A stretch of 64,000 bases of DNA from Eubacteriales bacterium. GTDB lineage: Bacteria > Bacillota > Clostridia > Oscillospirales > CAG-272. Each line of letters begins with the position of its first letter. Within the stretch, counting starts at the first letter, position 1. The notes under the pieces are model-generated. The model ran no database searches and had not been told where the DNA came from. It was given only the letters and a program-made list of their open reading frames with translations. Below, piece by piece: positions 36,075-46,584 of this stretch. The stretch spans positions 13,621 through 77,620 of the forward strand of contig JAZNCT010000088.1 of NCBI GenBank assembly GCA_045587665.1, read 5' to 3'. The position numbers and the translations under genes are program-made.

Positions 36075-36470
36075 CTATTTGAGTATCATATATATCCCCG
36101 ACCAAACCACTATAATTGCAAAAATACCCTTCAGCCAAGCTGTACTGATCTTTGAAAGCAAAAATGCCCCCAAAAGCCCGCCGAGCACTGCCGGGATCAC
36201 ATACACCCCAAACCGACTGAAATCTATATTGCCCCGAAGGGCATATATTGCCGCTGAAAGAAAGGATATGGGCAGTGTTGCCGCTATAACATTTGCAAAT
36301 ATATCTCTCCTTGCCATTTCCTCTTCCGAAAGCAGCTTTTCAAGCGCAAAGGTCATTATTATACCGCCTCCTGCTCCAAGCAGACCATTTGCAAGTCCGC
36401 CGAAAAAACCGGCAAAACAAAACAGAATCGTTCTTTCATTTGTTTTTAACTTTTCTTTTCTCATTTTCAA
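36075..36470 (-). CDS. Half-size TSUP (TauE/SafE, DUF81) family membrane transporter subunit
   Basis: 131 aa with 4 TM helices. Gly-rich motif FAGFFGGLANGLLGAGGGIIM, as in TauE/SafE proteins, which I recall as usually about twice this length. Confidence 0.6.
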   Translation of the reverse strand: MKMRKEKLKTNERTILFCFAGFFGGLANGLLGAGGGIIMTFALEKLLSEEEMARRDIFANVIAATLPISFLSAAIYALRGNIDFSRFGVYVIPAVLGGLLGAFLLSKISTAWLKGIFAIIVVWSGIYMILK

Positions 36471-36621
36471 GACCTAAAATTTTTGATCATATTACTATTG
36501 TAATTTTTTTCAATTGGTGTTATAATATAAGATAGATTTTTATACTATTTTTTCTTGATCACCGCAATAATATGCGCGATAAAGAAAAAAACGTGAAAAT
36601 ATACGAAAGGATAATCCGATA

Positions 36622-39225
36622 ATGAAATCAAACGATTCAAAAAGATCCTCTTCTAAAAAGCCTTCGCTAAAGGTAAAAAAAGTAAACGATAAAAATAATC
36701 AAAAGAAAAAGGAAGCCGCGCCTCCAAGCTCAAAACAGCTGCTGCATCAGATAATCCCTTACATTTTGGGAGTGGTAGCTTTTTTTCTCGCTCTCTGCTT
36801 CCTTCTCGTTAACGTTATGAGCAAACCGGATTCAATGGGCTTTATCGGAAAGCTCATCACAAATATTCTCCTCGGTTTTCTCGGCTTTGGCGCCTTTCTC
36901 ATTCCAATTATTCTCTCATATCTGGCTTTTATCTGGAGAAAGAGCATTGATGCAGGGCAAACAGGATATAAGATATTCTTTTCATGTGCCTGTGTTTTGC
37001 TTGTTTCCTCTCTTATCCATGTTTTTGTGCTTCAGGGTGACCCAACCTATATTTGGAATCCCATAAGGCTTTGGCAAAACGGCTGTGCTCTTTCCGGCGG
37101 AGGTATTGTTGGCGGATATATCGGAAATCTGTTTTTCCTTGGTCTCCGCTTTATCGGTTCTCTCATCGTTATAATCGCGGTTTTGGCAATAACAATTATG
37201 TTCCTTTTCGGAATGACCCCGGACAATATTATCCTCTACATTAAATACCGCGCAAAGCTACGCGCAGAAAAAAAAGAGCTTGCCGCAAGAAACGGCGAAG
37301 ATCCCGTCTTTATCGACAAGCCCCGCTTTACCCCAAAAGAAGTTGAGACAGAAGAAGTGGTAAAGCCCACAGCCAACTCTCGCCGCAGAAAGCGTACCTT
37401 TGATGTTGAGATAGACCCCGACACAGAAACAGAGGCTACACCCGAGGATCTTGGTCTTGAGTTTATGGACAACCCCGAAAGCAAGGAGCTTTCGGTTGAA
37501 CCTACTGCTCCTGCAGACACCGGTATTGAAAACGGTATTCTTGCAAAGATAGACGAAAAAGAGCTTGACGATAGTCTTGATGCCCTGTTTGGCAATGCTG
37601 AAGGAGCACCGGCAAAGGAAACTGCCGCTATAACAGAGGAACTCCCCAAAAAGGCAGAATCCGATGATGATTTTCTTACGGTAACAACCGAAACTATCAC
37701 TGATATAAAGCCCGAAAAGCCCTTTTACGGTGAACAGCTCCGCGCAGAGATATATCCACCTATCTCGCTGCTTACCGAGGACAAAAGCGTGAAAAGTGAA
37801 AACTTTACCGCAGAGCTTCGTTCAACAGCCGAGAAGCTGCAGGAAACACTGCTCAGCTTTAACGTGCGAACAAAGATCGTTGGCTATTCAAGAGGACCAA
37901 CTGTAACTCGCTATGAGCTCCAGCCCGAAGCAGGAACGAGGGTGCGCAGTATATCAAACCTTGTTGATGATATAGCTCTCAACCTTGCGGCATCCGGGGG
38001 GGTCCGAATAGAAGCTCCGATCCCCGGTAAAAGTGCAGTTGGCATAGAGGTTCCAAACAAATCTCCCAGCACTGTTTATCTCAGAACAATTCTTGAAAGC
38101 CCCAAATTTTCCGAGAGCAAGAGCAAGGTTACAGCATGCCTTGGAGCAGACGTTGCGGGAAATCCGATAATTTTTGACATTTCAAAAATGCCTCACCTGC
38201 TTATCGCAGGTGCAACCGGAATGGGTAAATCTGTTTGTATCAACTGTCTTATCATAAGCCTGCTTTATAAGGCTCTGCCAAAGGATGTTAAGCTTTTGCT
38301 CATCGACCCGAAAACAGTTGAATTCAAAATATACAAGGATATCCCACATCTTATCGCCCCTATCGTTACCGAGCCTAAGAAGGCAGCCGGAGCTCTTATA
38401 AAAATGGTTGAAGAAATGGAACGCCGTTTTGCACTTATCGAAGAGGTTGGAGTGAGAGACCTCAAATCCTATAACGAGGTTACGGCAAACGACCCCGAAC
38501 GTGAGCATCTGCCCCAGATAGTTATCATCATCGACGAGCTTGCAGACCTTATGATGACAACACCGGATGATGTTGAAAACTCCATATGCCGTCTTGCTCA
38601 AAAGGCAAGAGCTGCGGGAATGCACATCATTATCGGTACCCAGAGACCCTCTGTTGATGTTATCACAGGTCTTATCAAGGCAAACGTACCTTCAAGAATC
38701 GCTTGCACAGTTGCCTCCCAGGTGGACTCACGAACAATTATTGATATTGCAGGTGCAGAAAAGCTTATGGGACGAGGCGATATGCTCTATGCTCCCGTTG
38801 GTGCTTCAAAGCCTCTGCGTGTTCAGGGTGCATTTGTAAGCGATAGCGAGGTTGAAGCTGTTTGCGAATACATCAAGACCAACACGGGCAAGGCAGAATA
38901 TGACAGCAGTATCGTTGACGGCATTGAAGAAGCGGCCGCAAAGCTTGATTCTCCGAAGAAGGGCTCATCTTCTGCCGACATCGGAAGTGATGACGGCTCA
39001 GACCCAATGCTCCGTCCTGCCATAGAGCTTGCTATCGACTGCGGAAAAATATCCACCTCTCTCATTCAGCGCAGGCTTTCTCTCGGCTACGGAAGAGCCG
39101 CAAAGCTGATCGACAAAATGGAACAGCTCGGTTACGTAGGCCCCCCGGAGGGTCAAAAGCCACGAGAAGTGCTCATAACAAAACAGATGTATATGGAAAT
39201 GGTCGTTAACAACGATATTCAATAA
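36622..39225 (+). CDS. ftsK: DNA translocase FtsK/SpoIIIE
   Basis: 867 aa. N-terminal TM helices and an acidic linker are followed by the motor domain with Walker A GATGMGKSV and Walker B IIIDELADLM, then the C-terminal gamma wHTH (ISTSLIQRRLSLGYGRAAKLIDKMEQLGYVGP). Confidence 0.93.
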   Translation: MKSNDSKRSSSKKPSLKVKKVNDKNNQKKKEAAPPSSKQLLHQIIPYILGVVAFFLALCFLLVNVMSKPDSMGFIGKLITNILLGFLGFGAFLIPIILSYLAFIWRKSIDAGQTGYKIFFSCACVLLVSSLIHVFVLQGDPTYIWNPIRLWQNGCALSGGGIVGGYIGNLFFLGLRFIGSLIVIIAVLAITIMFLFGMTPDNIILYIKYRAKLRAEKKELAARNGEDPVFIDKPRFTPKEVETEEVVKPTANSRRRKRTFDVEIDPDTETEATPEDLGLEFMDNPESKELSVEPTAPADTGIENGILAKIDEKELDDSLDALFGNAEGAPAKETAAITEELPKKAESDDDFLTVTTETITDIKPEKPFYGEQLRAEIYPPISLLTEDKSVKSENFTAELRSTAEKLQETLLSFNVRTKIVGYSRGPTVTRYELQPEAGTRVRSISNLVDDIALNLAASGGVRIEAPIPGKSAVGIEVPNKSPSTVYLRTILESPKFSESKSKVTACLGADVAGNPIIFDISKMPHLLIAGATGMGKSVCINCLIISLLYKALPKDVKLLLIDPKTVEFKIYKDIPHLIAPIVTEPKKAAGALIKMVEEMERRFALIEEVGVRDLKSYNEVTANDPEREHLPQIVIIIDELADLMMTTPDDVENSICRLAQKARAAGMHIIIGTQRPSVDVITGLIKANVPSRIACTVASQVDSRTIIDIAGAEKLMGRGDMLYAPVGASKPLRVQGAFVSDSEVEAVCEYIKTNTGKAEYDSSIVDGIEEAAAKLDSPKKGSSSADIGSDDGSDPMLRPAIELAIDCGKISTSLIQRRLSLGYGRAAKLIDKMEQLGYVGPPEGQKPREVLITKQMYMEMVVNNDIQ

Positions 39226-39242
39226 TTTTTTGAGGAATATTT

Positions 39243-39920
39243 ATGGGAAAGTTTATTGTTATAGACGGTCTTGACGGATCAGGGAAGGGAACACAATCTG
39301 AAATATTAAAGTCAGCTCTTGAGAAAAAAGGCTACAAGGTCAGGCTTCTTTCCTTTCCGATGTATGAATGTGAAAGCAGCAGTCTTGTTCGTCTTTATCT
39401 TGGCGGTGCGCTTGGATCCGATCCTTCCGAAACAAATGCCTATGCGGCATCATCATTTTTTGCGGCAGACAGATATGTGAGCTACCGCACAGATTGGAAA
39501 AAGGATATAAATGACCCTGAAACAATAGTTATTGCCAACCGATTTACAACGGCAAATGCTGTTCATCAGCTTTCAAAAATGCCAAGGGAGGAATGGGATG
39601 CCTTTCTTGATTGGCTTTGGGATTATGAATATAACAAGCTGGGTGTTCCTTCTCCCGACCTTGTATTATATCTTGAAATGACTCCCGAAATATCTATGGC
39701 ACTGGTAAGCCGCCGTTCAGAGCAGACAGGCCGACAAAAGGATATTCACGAGCTTGACCCGGATCATCTTAAAAACAGCTATGCGGCGGCAATATATTCC
39801 TCAGAGAAGCTGGGCTGGCAGCGCATTTGCTGCTATGAGAACAGCGAGCCTCTCTCCATAGATAATATATCAAAAATGATAGCCGAAAAAGTGCATAATA
39901 TTCTCGGCATTGATTTATAA
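39243..39920 (+). CDS. Thymidylate kinase-like / deoxynucleoside kinase family protein
   Basis: P-loop FIVIDGLDGSGKGTQ and a LID-like region. It diverges from canonical Tmk. Confidence 0.65.
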   Translation: MGKFIVIDGLDGSGKGTQSEILKSALEKKGYKVRLLSFPMYECESSSLVRLYLGGALGSDPSETNAYAASSFFAADRYVSYRTDWKKDINDPETIVIANRFTTANAVHQLSKMPREEWDAFLDWLWDYEYNKLGVPSPDLVLYLEMTPEISMALVSRRSEQTGRQKDIHELDPDHLKNSYAAAIYSSEKLGWQRICCYENSEPLSIDNISKMIAEKVHNILGIDL

Positions 39921-39943
39921 TATTTCAAGAGGAGTGAACGCAA

Positions 39944-40837
39944 ATGACCAAAAAAATTTTTTGTGTGCTTCTTGCCGCACTTTTATCTCTTTGCGCCTTT
40001 GTTTCATGTGAAACATCTGAGGGTGATAGCCAGGACTCAAATGGCGAAAATACCTCAGGGATCGGAGACCAGGCGCAGCTGCCGCTTATTTCAGAGCTTG
40101 ATATAACCTTTTCGGGTAATAAAATATCCGCAAGCCAAAGCAGCTCCGCTATTGAGATAAATGAAAACGTGCTGACAATAAAGTCCGGCGGAAAATATAC
40201 CCTCACCGGAGATCTTGATGGCGGAAGGATCATAGTAAATGCCCCAAAAACAGAAAAGGTGGAGCTTATTCTTTTCGGAATAAACATCAGCTGCTCTGAT
40301 AATGCTCCTATATATGTGAAAAGCTGTGACAAGGTAAAGATCATTCTTGAAAAAGGCACGGTAAACACTCTCACTGACGGAGTCAAATATGATCTCCCCT
40401 CAGGTGAGGATAAGCCGAATGCCTGCTTATACAGCTCCGAGGATATTGATATTGAAGGAGAAGGCACACTCATAGTAAATGCAAACTACAACAACGGCAT
40501 AGCTTCTAAAAACGATATTGATATTGAGAGCGGAAGAATTGAAATAAGTGCCAAAAACAACGCTATAAAGGGAAGGGACAGCGTAAGCATCCTGGGAGGG
40601 GAGGTCATAATAACCGCCTCCGACGACGGTATTAAATCCGACAACGAAGAGGATACTTCAAAGGGCTATATAAGCATAGAAGGCGGAAAAATTGAGATAA
40701 GTGCCGCTGACGACGCCATACAAGCCTGCAGTTCTGTCAGCCTGACAGGAGGCACTGTGATAACAACCGCTGAGGGAAAGGCAATAAACTGCGACGGAAA
40801 TATAACCCTTTCTGAAGGCGTTTTAACAGAAAACTAA
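39944..40837 (+). CDS. Lipoprotein, carbohydrate-binding-domain / beta-helix repeat protein
   Basis: Lipobox LLSLCAFVSC. Pattern ITFSGNKISAS...VLTIKSGGKYTLTGDLDGGRIIVNAPKTEKVELILFGINISCSDNAPIYVKSCDKV, followed by repeated I-x-G-G-x-I-x-I-x-A-x-DD-x-I units. Confidence 0.6.
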   Translation: MTKKIFCVLLAALLSLCAFVSCETSEGDSQDSNGENTSGIGDQAQLPLISELDITFSGNKISASQSSSAIEINENVLTIKSGGKYTLTGDLDGGRIIVNAPKTEKVELILFGINISCSDNAPIYVKSCDKVKIILEKGTVNTLTDGVKYDLPSGEDKPNACLYSSEDIDIEGEGTLIVNANYNNGIASKNDIDIESGRIEISAKNNAIKGRDSVSILGGEVIITASDDGIKSDNEEDTSKGYISIEGGKIEISAADDAIQACSSVSLTGGTVITTAEGKAINCDGNITLSEGVLTEN

Positions 40838-40853
40838 AAGAAAAGGAGCTCTT

Positions 40854-41099
40854 ATGATAAAGGATCCTATTATAAAAATATTTGTCGTTTCAAGGCGGCT
40901 CTGGCGTGAAATCAAAAAACCCGTTATCAGAACCAGACTGGCTGGTAAATTTTCGATTCTTCAGAGCAGAGAAGCCTCGGAAAGCAACGAAAAAAAAGCG
41001 GTTTTCCACACGACCTTTGACCTTTCTATTGCAAAAATTCTCGTTTTTTTCATTGCTTTTAAGATGATCTATCGCTTTCTTAAACTGATCTTTGATTAA
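40854..41099 (+). CDS. Hypothetical small protein (81 aa) with a C-terminal hydrophobic helix
   Basis: Good RBS (aaaaggag, 7 nt before the ATG). Basic N-terminal half. The ORF ends at the terminator. Confidence 0.4.
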   Translation: MIKDPIIKIFVVSRRLWREIKKPVIRTRLAGKFSILQSREASESNEKKAVFHTTFDLSIAKILVFFIAFKMIYRFLKLIFD

Positions 41100-41139
41100 A
41101 AAAACGTCCTTTAGCTTCATAGCTAAAGGACGTTTTTTA
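41098..41139. terminator. Bidirectional terminator (small ORF / ygiQ)
   Basis: aaaaaaacgtcctttagct-tcat-agctaaaggacgtttttt. Confidence 0.85.
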
Positions 41140-43062
41140 TCTTTTCTTTTTTTGTTTTGTTTTTTTACCTTTTGTGCCGCCCGGGCTTGCCGTTTTTTGC
41201 TTTCCCTTATAATTCCTTTGGGTCAGATCCTTTTTCGGCGGCTTTATCAAACACTCCTGTCCAAAGCCAATAAGTTCCTCCCGGCCTGCTTTTTTAAGTG
41301 CCTCTGCAACAAGAGCCGCATTTTCCGGCCTTGAATACTGAAGCAGAGCCCTTTGAAGCTGTTTTTCGTGATAATCGGTGGTTACATAAACCTTTTTGCC
41401 GTCAAGAGGATTTATGCCGGTATAGTACATTACTGTTGAAGCAGTTCCCGGTGTTGGATAGTAGTCTTGCACCTGTTCGGGAGAATAACCGTCTTTCTTT
41501 AAACAGCGCGCAAGAGAAATAGCATCTTCAAGACGTGAGCCTGGATGACTTGACATAAGATAGGGCACGATATACTGCTCTTTGCCAAAACTCTTTGTAA
41601 GCTCAAAATATCTCTTTTTAAACCTTTCATATACCTCAAAATCAGGCTTGCCCATTTGCCGAAGAACCGCCGAGGAGCAATGCTCCGGGGCAACCTTCAA
41701 CTGACCGCTGACGTTGTCTCGCACCAGTTTTTTGAAAAAGCTCTCGTCCTTATCTGCCATAACATAGTCAAACCTTATACCCGATCTTATAAACACCTTT
41801 TTAATTCCGGGCACAGCCTCAACCTGCTCGATAAGACTGATATACTCGGAGTGATCTACCTTCAGATTTTTGCATGGGGTTGGTGCCAGGCATTTTCTCT
41901 CGGCACAAACACCGCTCTGAAGCTGTTTATCGCAAGCAGGATAGCGGAAATTTGCCGTTGGACCGCCAATATCATGTATATATCCTTTAAAATCCGGCAG
42001 TCTCGTTATGATCTCGGCTTCTCTCACAACGCTCTCGATACTGCGGGAGCGGAGTGTTCTGCCCTGATGAAAGGCAAGTGCACAAAAATTACAGGCACCA
42101 AAGCAGCCTCTGTTGTGAGTTATCGAAAATTTAACCTCGGCTATTGCCGGAACTCCGCCGTCCTTTTCATATGAAGGATGATATCCCCTCATATAGGGCA
42201 GGGCATAGATTCTGTCAAGCTCCTCACGTTCAAGGGGCGGCATTGGCGGATTCTGCACCAGCATCTTGCCGTCATATATCTCGCAGATAGCCTTTCCGTT
42301 TATCGAATCCTGATTTTTATACTGCACGCCAAATGCCTTTGCATATTTCTGCTTGTCTTCCTTCAGTTCATTATAATCAAATGTTGCCGCCACGGGAAAG
42401 TGTATCTTTTCATCCTTTTTGCAAAGATACACCGTTCCTCTAACGTCTCTTATTTTTTTTACAGGCACACCCTTTGAAAGCAATGCGGAGATGCGAAGCA
42501 ATATATTTTCTCCCATTCCGTAAGTGAGAATATCAGCACGGGAATCTACGAGAATAGATCTGCGCACCTTGTTATCCCAATAATCGTAATGGGCAAAGCG
42601 GCGAAGCGACGCTTCAAGACCGCCGATGATTATCGGTATATCTCCGTATGCTTCCCTTATCCTGTTGCAATATACTATAGTTGCTCTATCGGGTCGTGCA
42701 CCCATTTTGCCGCCTGCCGAATAATAGTCGTATGAACGCTTTTTCTTTGCGGCGGTATAGTGGGCAACCATAGAGTCTATATTTCCTGCCGTTACAAGAA
42801 AGCCAAGGCGGGGTCTGCCATATATCTTAAAGCCCTCACAGCTTTTATAATCGGGCTGAGAAAGAATTGCCACTCTGTAGCCTGCATCCTCAAGAACTCT
42901 CGATATTATCGAAACGCCAAATGAAGGGTGGTCTACATAAGCGTCTCCCGTCACATAAACAAAATCGGGTGCATCCCAGCCTCTTTCGTCCATTTCCTTC
43001 CTGCTAAGGGGAAGAAAACTCATTCCTTCCTCGGGGAAAGGCTTTTTTTCTTTATTCTTCAT
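41137..43062 (-). CDS. YgiQ family radical SAM protein (UPF0313)
   Basis: FLPLSRKEMDERGWDAPDFVYVTGDAYVDHPSFG N-terminus, radical SAM cluster HNRGCFGACNFCA, Lys-rich C-terminal tail. Confidence 0.9.
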   Translation of the reverse strand: MKNKEKKPFPEEGMSFLPLSRKEMDERGWDAPDFVYVTGDAYVDHPSFGVSIISRVLEDAGYRVAILSQPDYKSCEGFKIYGRPRLGFLVTAGNIDSMVAHYTAAKKKRSYDYYSAGGKMGARPDRATIVYCNRIREAYGDIPIIIGGLEASLRRFAHYDYWDNKVRRSILVDSRADILTYGMGENILLRISALLSKGVPVKKIRDVRGTVYLCKKDEKIHFPVAATFDYNELKEDKQKYAKAFGVQYKNQDSINGKAICEIYDGKMLVQNPPMPPLEREELDRIYALPYMRGYHPSYEKDGGVPAIAEVKFSITHNRGCFGACNFCALAFHQGRTLRSRSIESVVREAEIITRLPDFKGYIHDIGGPTANFRYPACDKQLQSGVCAERKCLAPTPCKNLKVDHSEYISLIEQVEAVPGIKKVFIRSGIRFDYVMADKDESFFKKLVRDNVSGQLKVAPEHCSSAVLRQMGKPDFEVYERFKKRYFELTKSFGKEQYIVPYLMSSHPGSRLEDAISLARCLKKDGYSPEQVQDYYPTPGTASTVMYYTGINPLDGKKVYVTTDYHEKQLQRALLQYSRPENAALVAEALKKAGREELIGFGQECLIKPPKKDLTQRNYKGKQKTASPGGTKGKKTKQKKKR

Positions 43063-43087
43063 TTTATTTCCTTAAATTTTTTTGCTT

Positions 43088-44872
43088 TTATATACTTTCA
43101 AACTGGCTGTTATAAAGCTGAGCATAAAAGCCGTTTTTTGCCAGAAGCGACCTATGGTCTCCCTTTTCAATAACATTTCCGTCCTTCATAACAAGGATCA
43201 TATCAGCCTCTCTTATAGTTGAAAGACGATGGGCAACTATAAAGCTGGTCCTGCCCCTCATCATCTTTAAAAATGCCTTTTGTATCCTCGTTTCGGTTCT
43301 GGTGTCAATAGAGGAGGTTGCCTCGTCAAGAATAAGCATTGGCGGCAGACAAAGCATAACTCTCGCAATGCACAAAAGCTGCTTCTGCCCTTGTGAAAGG
43401 CCTCCTCCGTCCTCTCCGAGAACAGTACTATATCCATCGGGCAGTCTGCGTATAAAGCTATGAGCATGGGCAGCCTTTGCCGCCTCTACCATTTCTTCAT
43501 CCGAAGCATCAGGCTTTCCCATTTTTATATTTTCCGCAACCGTTCCACAGGCAAGCCAGGTGTCCTGAAGTACCATTCCAAAGGAGGAGCGCAGATCAGC
43601 CCGTGTAACGTCTCTTATGTCCACTCCGTCTATCTTTATAGAGCCTTTTTTAACATCATAAAAACGCATAAGAAGATTGATGAGCGTCGTTTTTCCGCAG
43701 CCTGTCGGACCAACTATGGCAACTCTTTGTCCGCGCTCAACAGAAAGGCTAAGATCCTCTATAAGCTTTTGGCTCTCTGAATATGAAAAACTCACTCCGC
43801 TAAAGGATACATCCCCTCGGGGTGACCTCATCTCTACAGCATCCGCGCTGTCCTGAGTTTGAGCCTCTTCTTCTATAAATTCAAAAATTCTTCCTGCGCA
43901 GGCAAGGGAATTCTGAAGCTCACTGATAACTCCCGATATTTCATTAAAGGGCTTTGTATACTGATTTGCATAGCTTAAAAACACAGAAAGAGTTCCAACA
44001 CTCATTCCCCCAAATCCGGGTATCACTCCAATTACAGAAAGTGCGCCAAAGCATCCAACTGCGGCATAGACCATGCTGTTTACAAATCTTGTGCATGGAT
44101 TTACAAGCGAAGAAAAAAATGTTGCTTTAAGAGAGCAGTCTATAAGCTTGTCGTCTATCTCATTATAGCTCCGCATCAGCTCATCCTCTCTTCCAAAGGC
44201 CTTTACGACCTTTGCCGAGCCTATTGCCTCGTCTATGAGAGCTGTCTGCTCTCCACGTTTTTCTGATTGAAGCTTAAACATATCCCTTGTATGCTCTGCC
44301 ACAAATTTTGCAACAAAAAGAGATAGGGGGGTGAGCACCACAACTATCAGCGCAATTATAGGGCTCAGCGCAAACATAAATACCAGCGTTCCCAGAATAG
44401 TAAGCAGACCTGTGAAGAACTGTGTAAAGCCCATAAGCAGTCCGTCTGCAAAAATATCAACATCATTTATTATGCGGCTCACTATCTCACCCGTGGGCCT
44501 GCTGTCGAGATATGAAAGAGGGAGCTTTTGCAGCTTTTCAAAAGCCGCTCTCCTTACATCTCTGATAACCTCAAAAGTTATCTTATTGTTTATTGTGCTT
44601 ATTATCCAAGTAAGCACCGCACCCAAAACAACGCAAATTCCACCTCTGAAAAGCAGGGGAATAATTGCATCAAAATCAACTCTGCCGGCAGAAATTATAC
44701 AGTCGACAGCCTCTCCTATAACTATCGGCAGATAAAGCGTCAAAACAACGCTAAGCGCCGAAAGTGCTATAGAAACAAGGGTGAGAAAAGCATAGGGCTT
44801 TAGAAATTTTATAACAAGAGGAAGAACAGCTCTTTTCTCTTGTGGCTTCAGATCGCCTTTTCTCATCATCAC
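43088..44872 (-). CDS. ABC transporter ATP-binding/permease protein (type I exporter half-transporter)
   Basis: 6-TM N-terminal domain. Walker A GPTGCGKTT, signature LSQGQKQ, Walker B LILDEATS. Confidence 0.9.
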   Translation of the reverse strand: MMMRKGDLKPQEKRAVLPLVIKFLKPYAFLTLVSIALSALSVVLTLYLPIVIGEAVDCIISAGRVDFDAIIPLLFRGGICVVLGAVLTWIISTINNKITFEVIRDVRRAAFEKLQKLPLSYLDSRPTGEIVSRIINDVDIFADGLLMGFTQFFTGLLTILGTLVFMFALSPIIALIVVVLTPLSLFVAKFVAEHTRDMFKLQSEKRGEQTALIDEAIGSAKVVKAFGREDELMRSYNEIDDKLIDCSLKATFFSSLVNPCTRFVNSMVYAAVGCFGALSVIGVIPGFGGMSVGTLSVFLSYANQYTKPFNEISGVISELQNSLACAGRIFEFIEEEAQTQDSADAVEMRSPRGDVSFSGVSFSYSESQKLIEDLSLSVERGQRVAIVGPTGCGKTTLINLLMRFYDVKKGSIKIDGVDIRDVTRADLRSSFGMVLQDTWLACGTVAENIKMGKPDASDEEMVEAAKAAHAHSFIRRLPDGYSTVLGEDGGGLSQGQKQLLCIARVMLCLPPMLILDEATSSIDTRTETRIQKAFLKMMRGRTSFIVAHRLSTIREADMILVMKDGNVIEKGDHRSLLAKNGFYAQLYNSQFESI

Positions 44873-46584
44873 TCACCCTCCTTTTTAAACTGCGATTCGT
44901 GTATCTCGGCATAAACAGGGCAAGTTTTCATCAGCTCATCATGCTTTCCGAGTCCAACCTGCTTTCCGTCGTCAAGAACCACTATCCTGTCTGCATTTCT
45001 AAGGGATGAGGTTCGCTGAGAAACAATAAATACAGTTGGGTCATAGTCAAGGGACGCTATGGCACGCCTGAGAGAAGCGTCTGTTGAAAAATCAAGTGCG
45101 CTTGAGCTGTCGTCGAGAATGAGAACATCAGGGCGACGAACAAGCGCTCTTGCTATTGTCAGCCTCTGCCGCTGTCCTCCCGAAAAGTTTCTTCCCCCAT
45201 TTTCGGCAGGGGCATCAAGCCCGCCTTCCTTTTCCATTACAAAATCAAAAGACTGCGAAGCCTCAAGAGCCTCGTTTATCTCTTTCTCTGTGGCATTTTC
45301 ATTGCCCCAAAGCAGATTTTCTTTTATAGTACCTCTGAAAAGGACGGCCTTCTGCGGCACGATTCCAATTCTTCCTCGCAAATTTTCTGTGTCCAGTTCC
45401 TTTATATCAGTGCCATCAATTTTAATAATGCCGCCATCTGCATCATAGAATCTTGGAATAAGGTTCACAAGTGAGCTTTTACCGGAGCCTGTTCCACCGA
45501 TTATCCCGATAGTTTCTCCCTTTTTCGCTTCAAAGCTGATATTCTCAAGAGTTGGCTCAGATGCTCCCGCATATGTGAGAGAAACGTTTTCAAAGCTTAT
45601 TTCACCTATATGGGATATCTTCTTTTCTCCGTTTTTCATAGAGCTTTGCAGCAAGAATATATTCTCCATTCTGTGCTCTGAGGCAACGCTCTTTGTTATG
45701 GTAATTATAAGATTTGCAAACTTAACAAGCTCTATAAGTATCTGAGACATATAGTTATAAAGCGCAATTACCTCTCCCTGAGTGAGAACTCCGCTATCTA
45801 CTTTTATTGCCCCTATATAGATAAGAATGAGGATAGCAAAGTTTATCAGCACATATGTGAGAGGGTTCATAAGCGCAGATATCCTGCCAACTCTCTCCTG
45901 CTCAAAGGAAAGTGCCTCTGTGCCCAGAGAAAATCTCTCCTTTTCGCTCTCCTCTCGTCTGAAAGCCCTGATAACTCTCACACCTGTAAGATTTTCTCTC
46001 ACCTGCAAGAGAACACCCTCAAGCTTTTGCTGAACCTTTTTATAAAGAGGTATGCAAAAAAGCATTATTCCAAAAACAACCACACTCAGCGCAGGAATAA
46101 CCGCTGCAAAGGCCAGTGCACTCTCGGTGTTGATTGTAAAGGCCATTATCATTGCGCCCAGAACTATAAATGGAGAGCGCATAAAAAGTCGTAGGGTCAG
46201 GTTTATACCGTTCTGAACCTGGTTTGCATCGCCTGTTATTCTTGTAATAAGAGTGGATGTGCCGGCGCTGTCAAGCTCGCTGAAGGAAAGCGACTGGATA
46301 TGGGAAAGGAGATCTCTTTTCATACCGGAGGTTATTCTGACAGCAGCCTTTGCAGAAAAATATTGTGCTATCACAGTGCTTGTAAGACCAAGAACACCAA
46401 GAAGAACAAGCACAAAGGACATTTTTATTATATATCCGCTGTTGCCATTGGCAATGCCCGTGTCTATTATCTGCTTCATTACAAGAGGTACGCCAAGCTC
46501 GAAGGAAGCTTCAAAAAGCTTAAAAAGCGGGCCGCAGGCAACCTCTTTCTTATATTTTTTTGCGTGTTTTATAAGATGCTTCAA
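44869..46584 (-). CDS. ABC transporter ATP-binding/permease protein (partner half-transporter)
   Basis: Walker A GGTGSGKSS, signature FSGGQRQR, Walker B LILDDSSS. A 4-nt ATGA overlap with the downstream partner indicates a heterodimeric pair. Confidence 0.9.
   Translation of the reverse strand: MKHLIKHAKKYKKEVACGPLFKLFEASFELGVPLVMKQIIDTGIANGNSGYIIKMSFVLVLLGVLGLTSTVIAQYFSAKAAVRITSGMKRDLLSHIQSLSFSELDSAGTSTLITRITGDANQVQNGINLTLRLFMRSPFIVLGAMIMAFTINTESALAFAAVIPALSVVVFGIMLFCIPLYKKVQQKLEGVLLQVRENLTGVRVIRAFRREESEKERFSLGTEALSFEQERVGRISALMNPLTYVLINFAILILIYIGAIKVDSGVLTQGEVIALYNYMSQILIELVKFANLIITITKSVASEHRMENIFLLQSSMKNGEKKISHIGEISFENVSLTYAGASEPTLENISFEAKKGETIGIIGGTGSGKSSLVNLIPRFYDADGGIIKIDGTDIKELDTENLRGRIGIVPQKAVLFRGTIKENLLWGNENATEKEINEALEASQSFDFVMEKEGGLDAPAENGGRNFSGGQRQRLTIARALVRRPDVLILDDSSSALDFSTDASLRRAIASLDYDPTVFIVSQRTSSLRNADRIVVLDDGKQVGLGKHDELMKTCPVYAEIHESQFKKEGE

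Noticed and set aside
35772-36138. Small ORFs inside the palindromic element (35772..35957 +, 35869..36138 -).
   Set aside because: They have no RBS. Their sequence composition is dictated by the hairpin repeats. They run across box and hairpin boundaries, and one overlaps the TSUP gene 3' end. I treat the region as non-coding.
35893-36477. A 194-aa plus-strand ORF spanning the right arm of the element and the whole TSUP gene in antisense.
   Set aside because: It is an antisense shadow of a clear membrane-protein gene. Its product is Pro/Ser/Ile-rich low complexity with no start context.
40854-41099. The small-ORF region, considered as a structured ncRNA because of several short palindromes (for example ccagactgg).
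   Set aside because: The palindromes are only 4-bp stems. A good RBS and an open 81-codon frame ending at the terminator make a small protein the simpler explanation.
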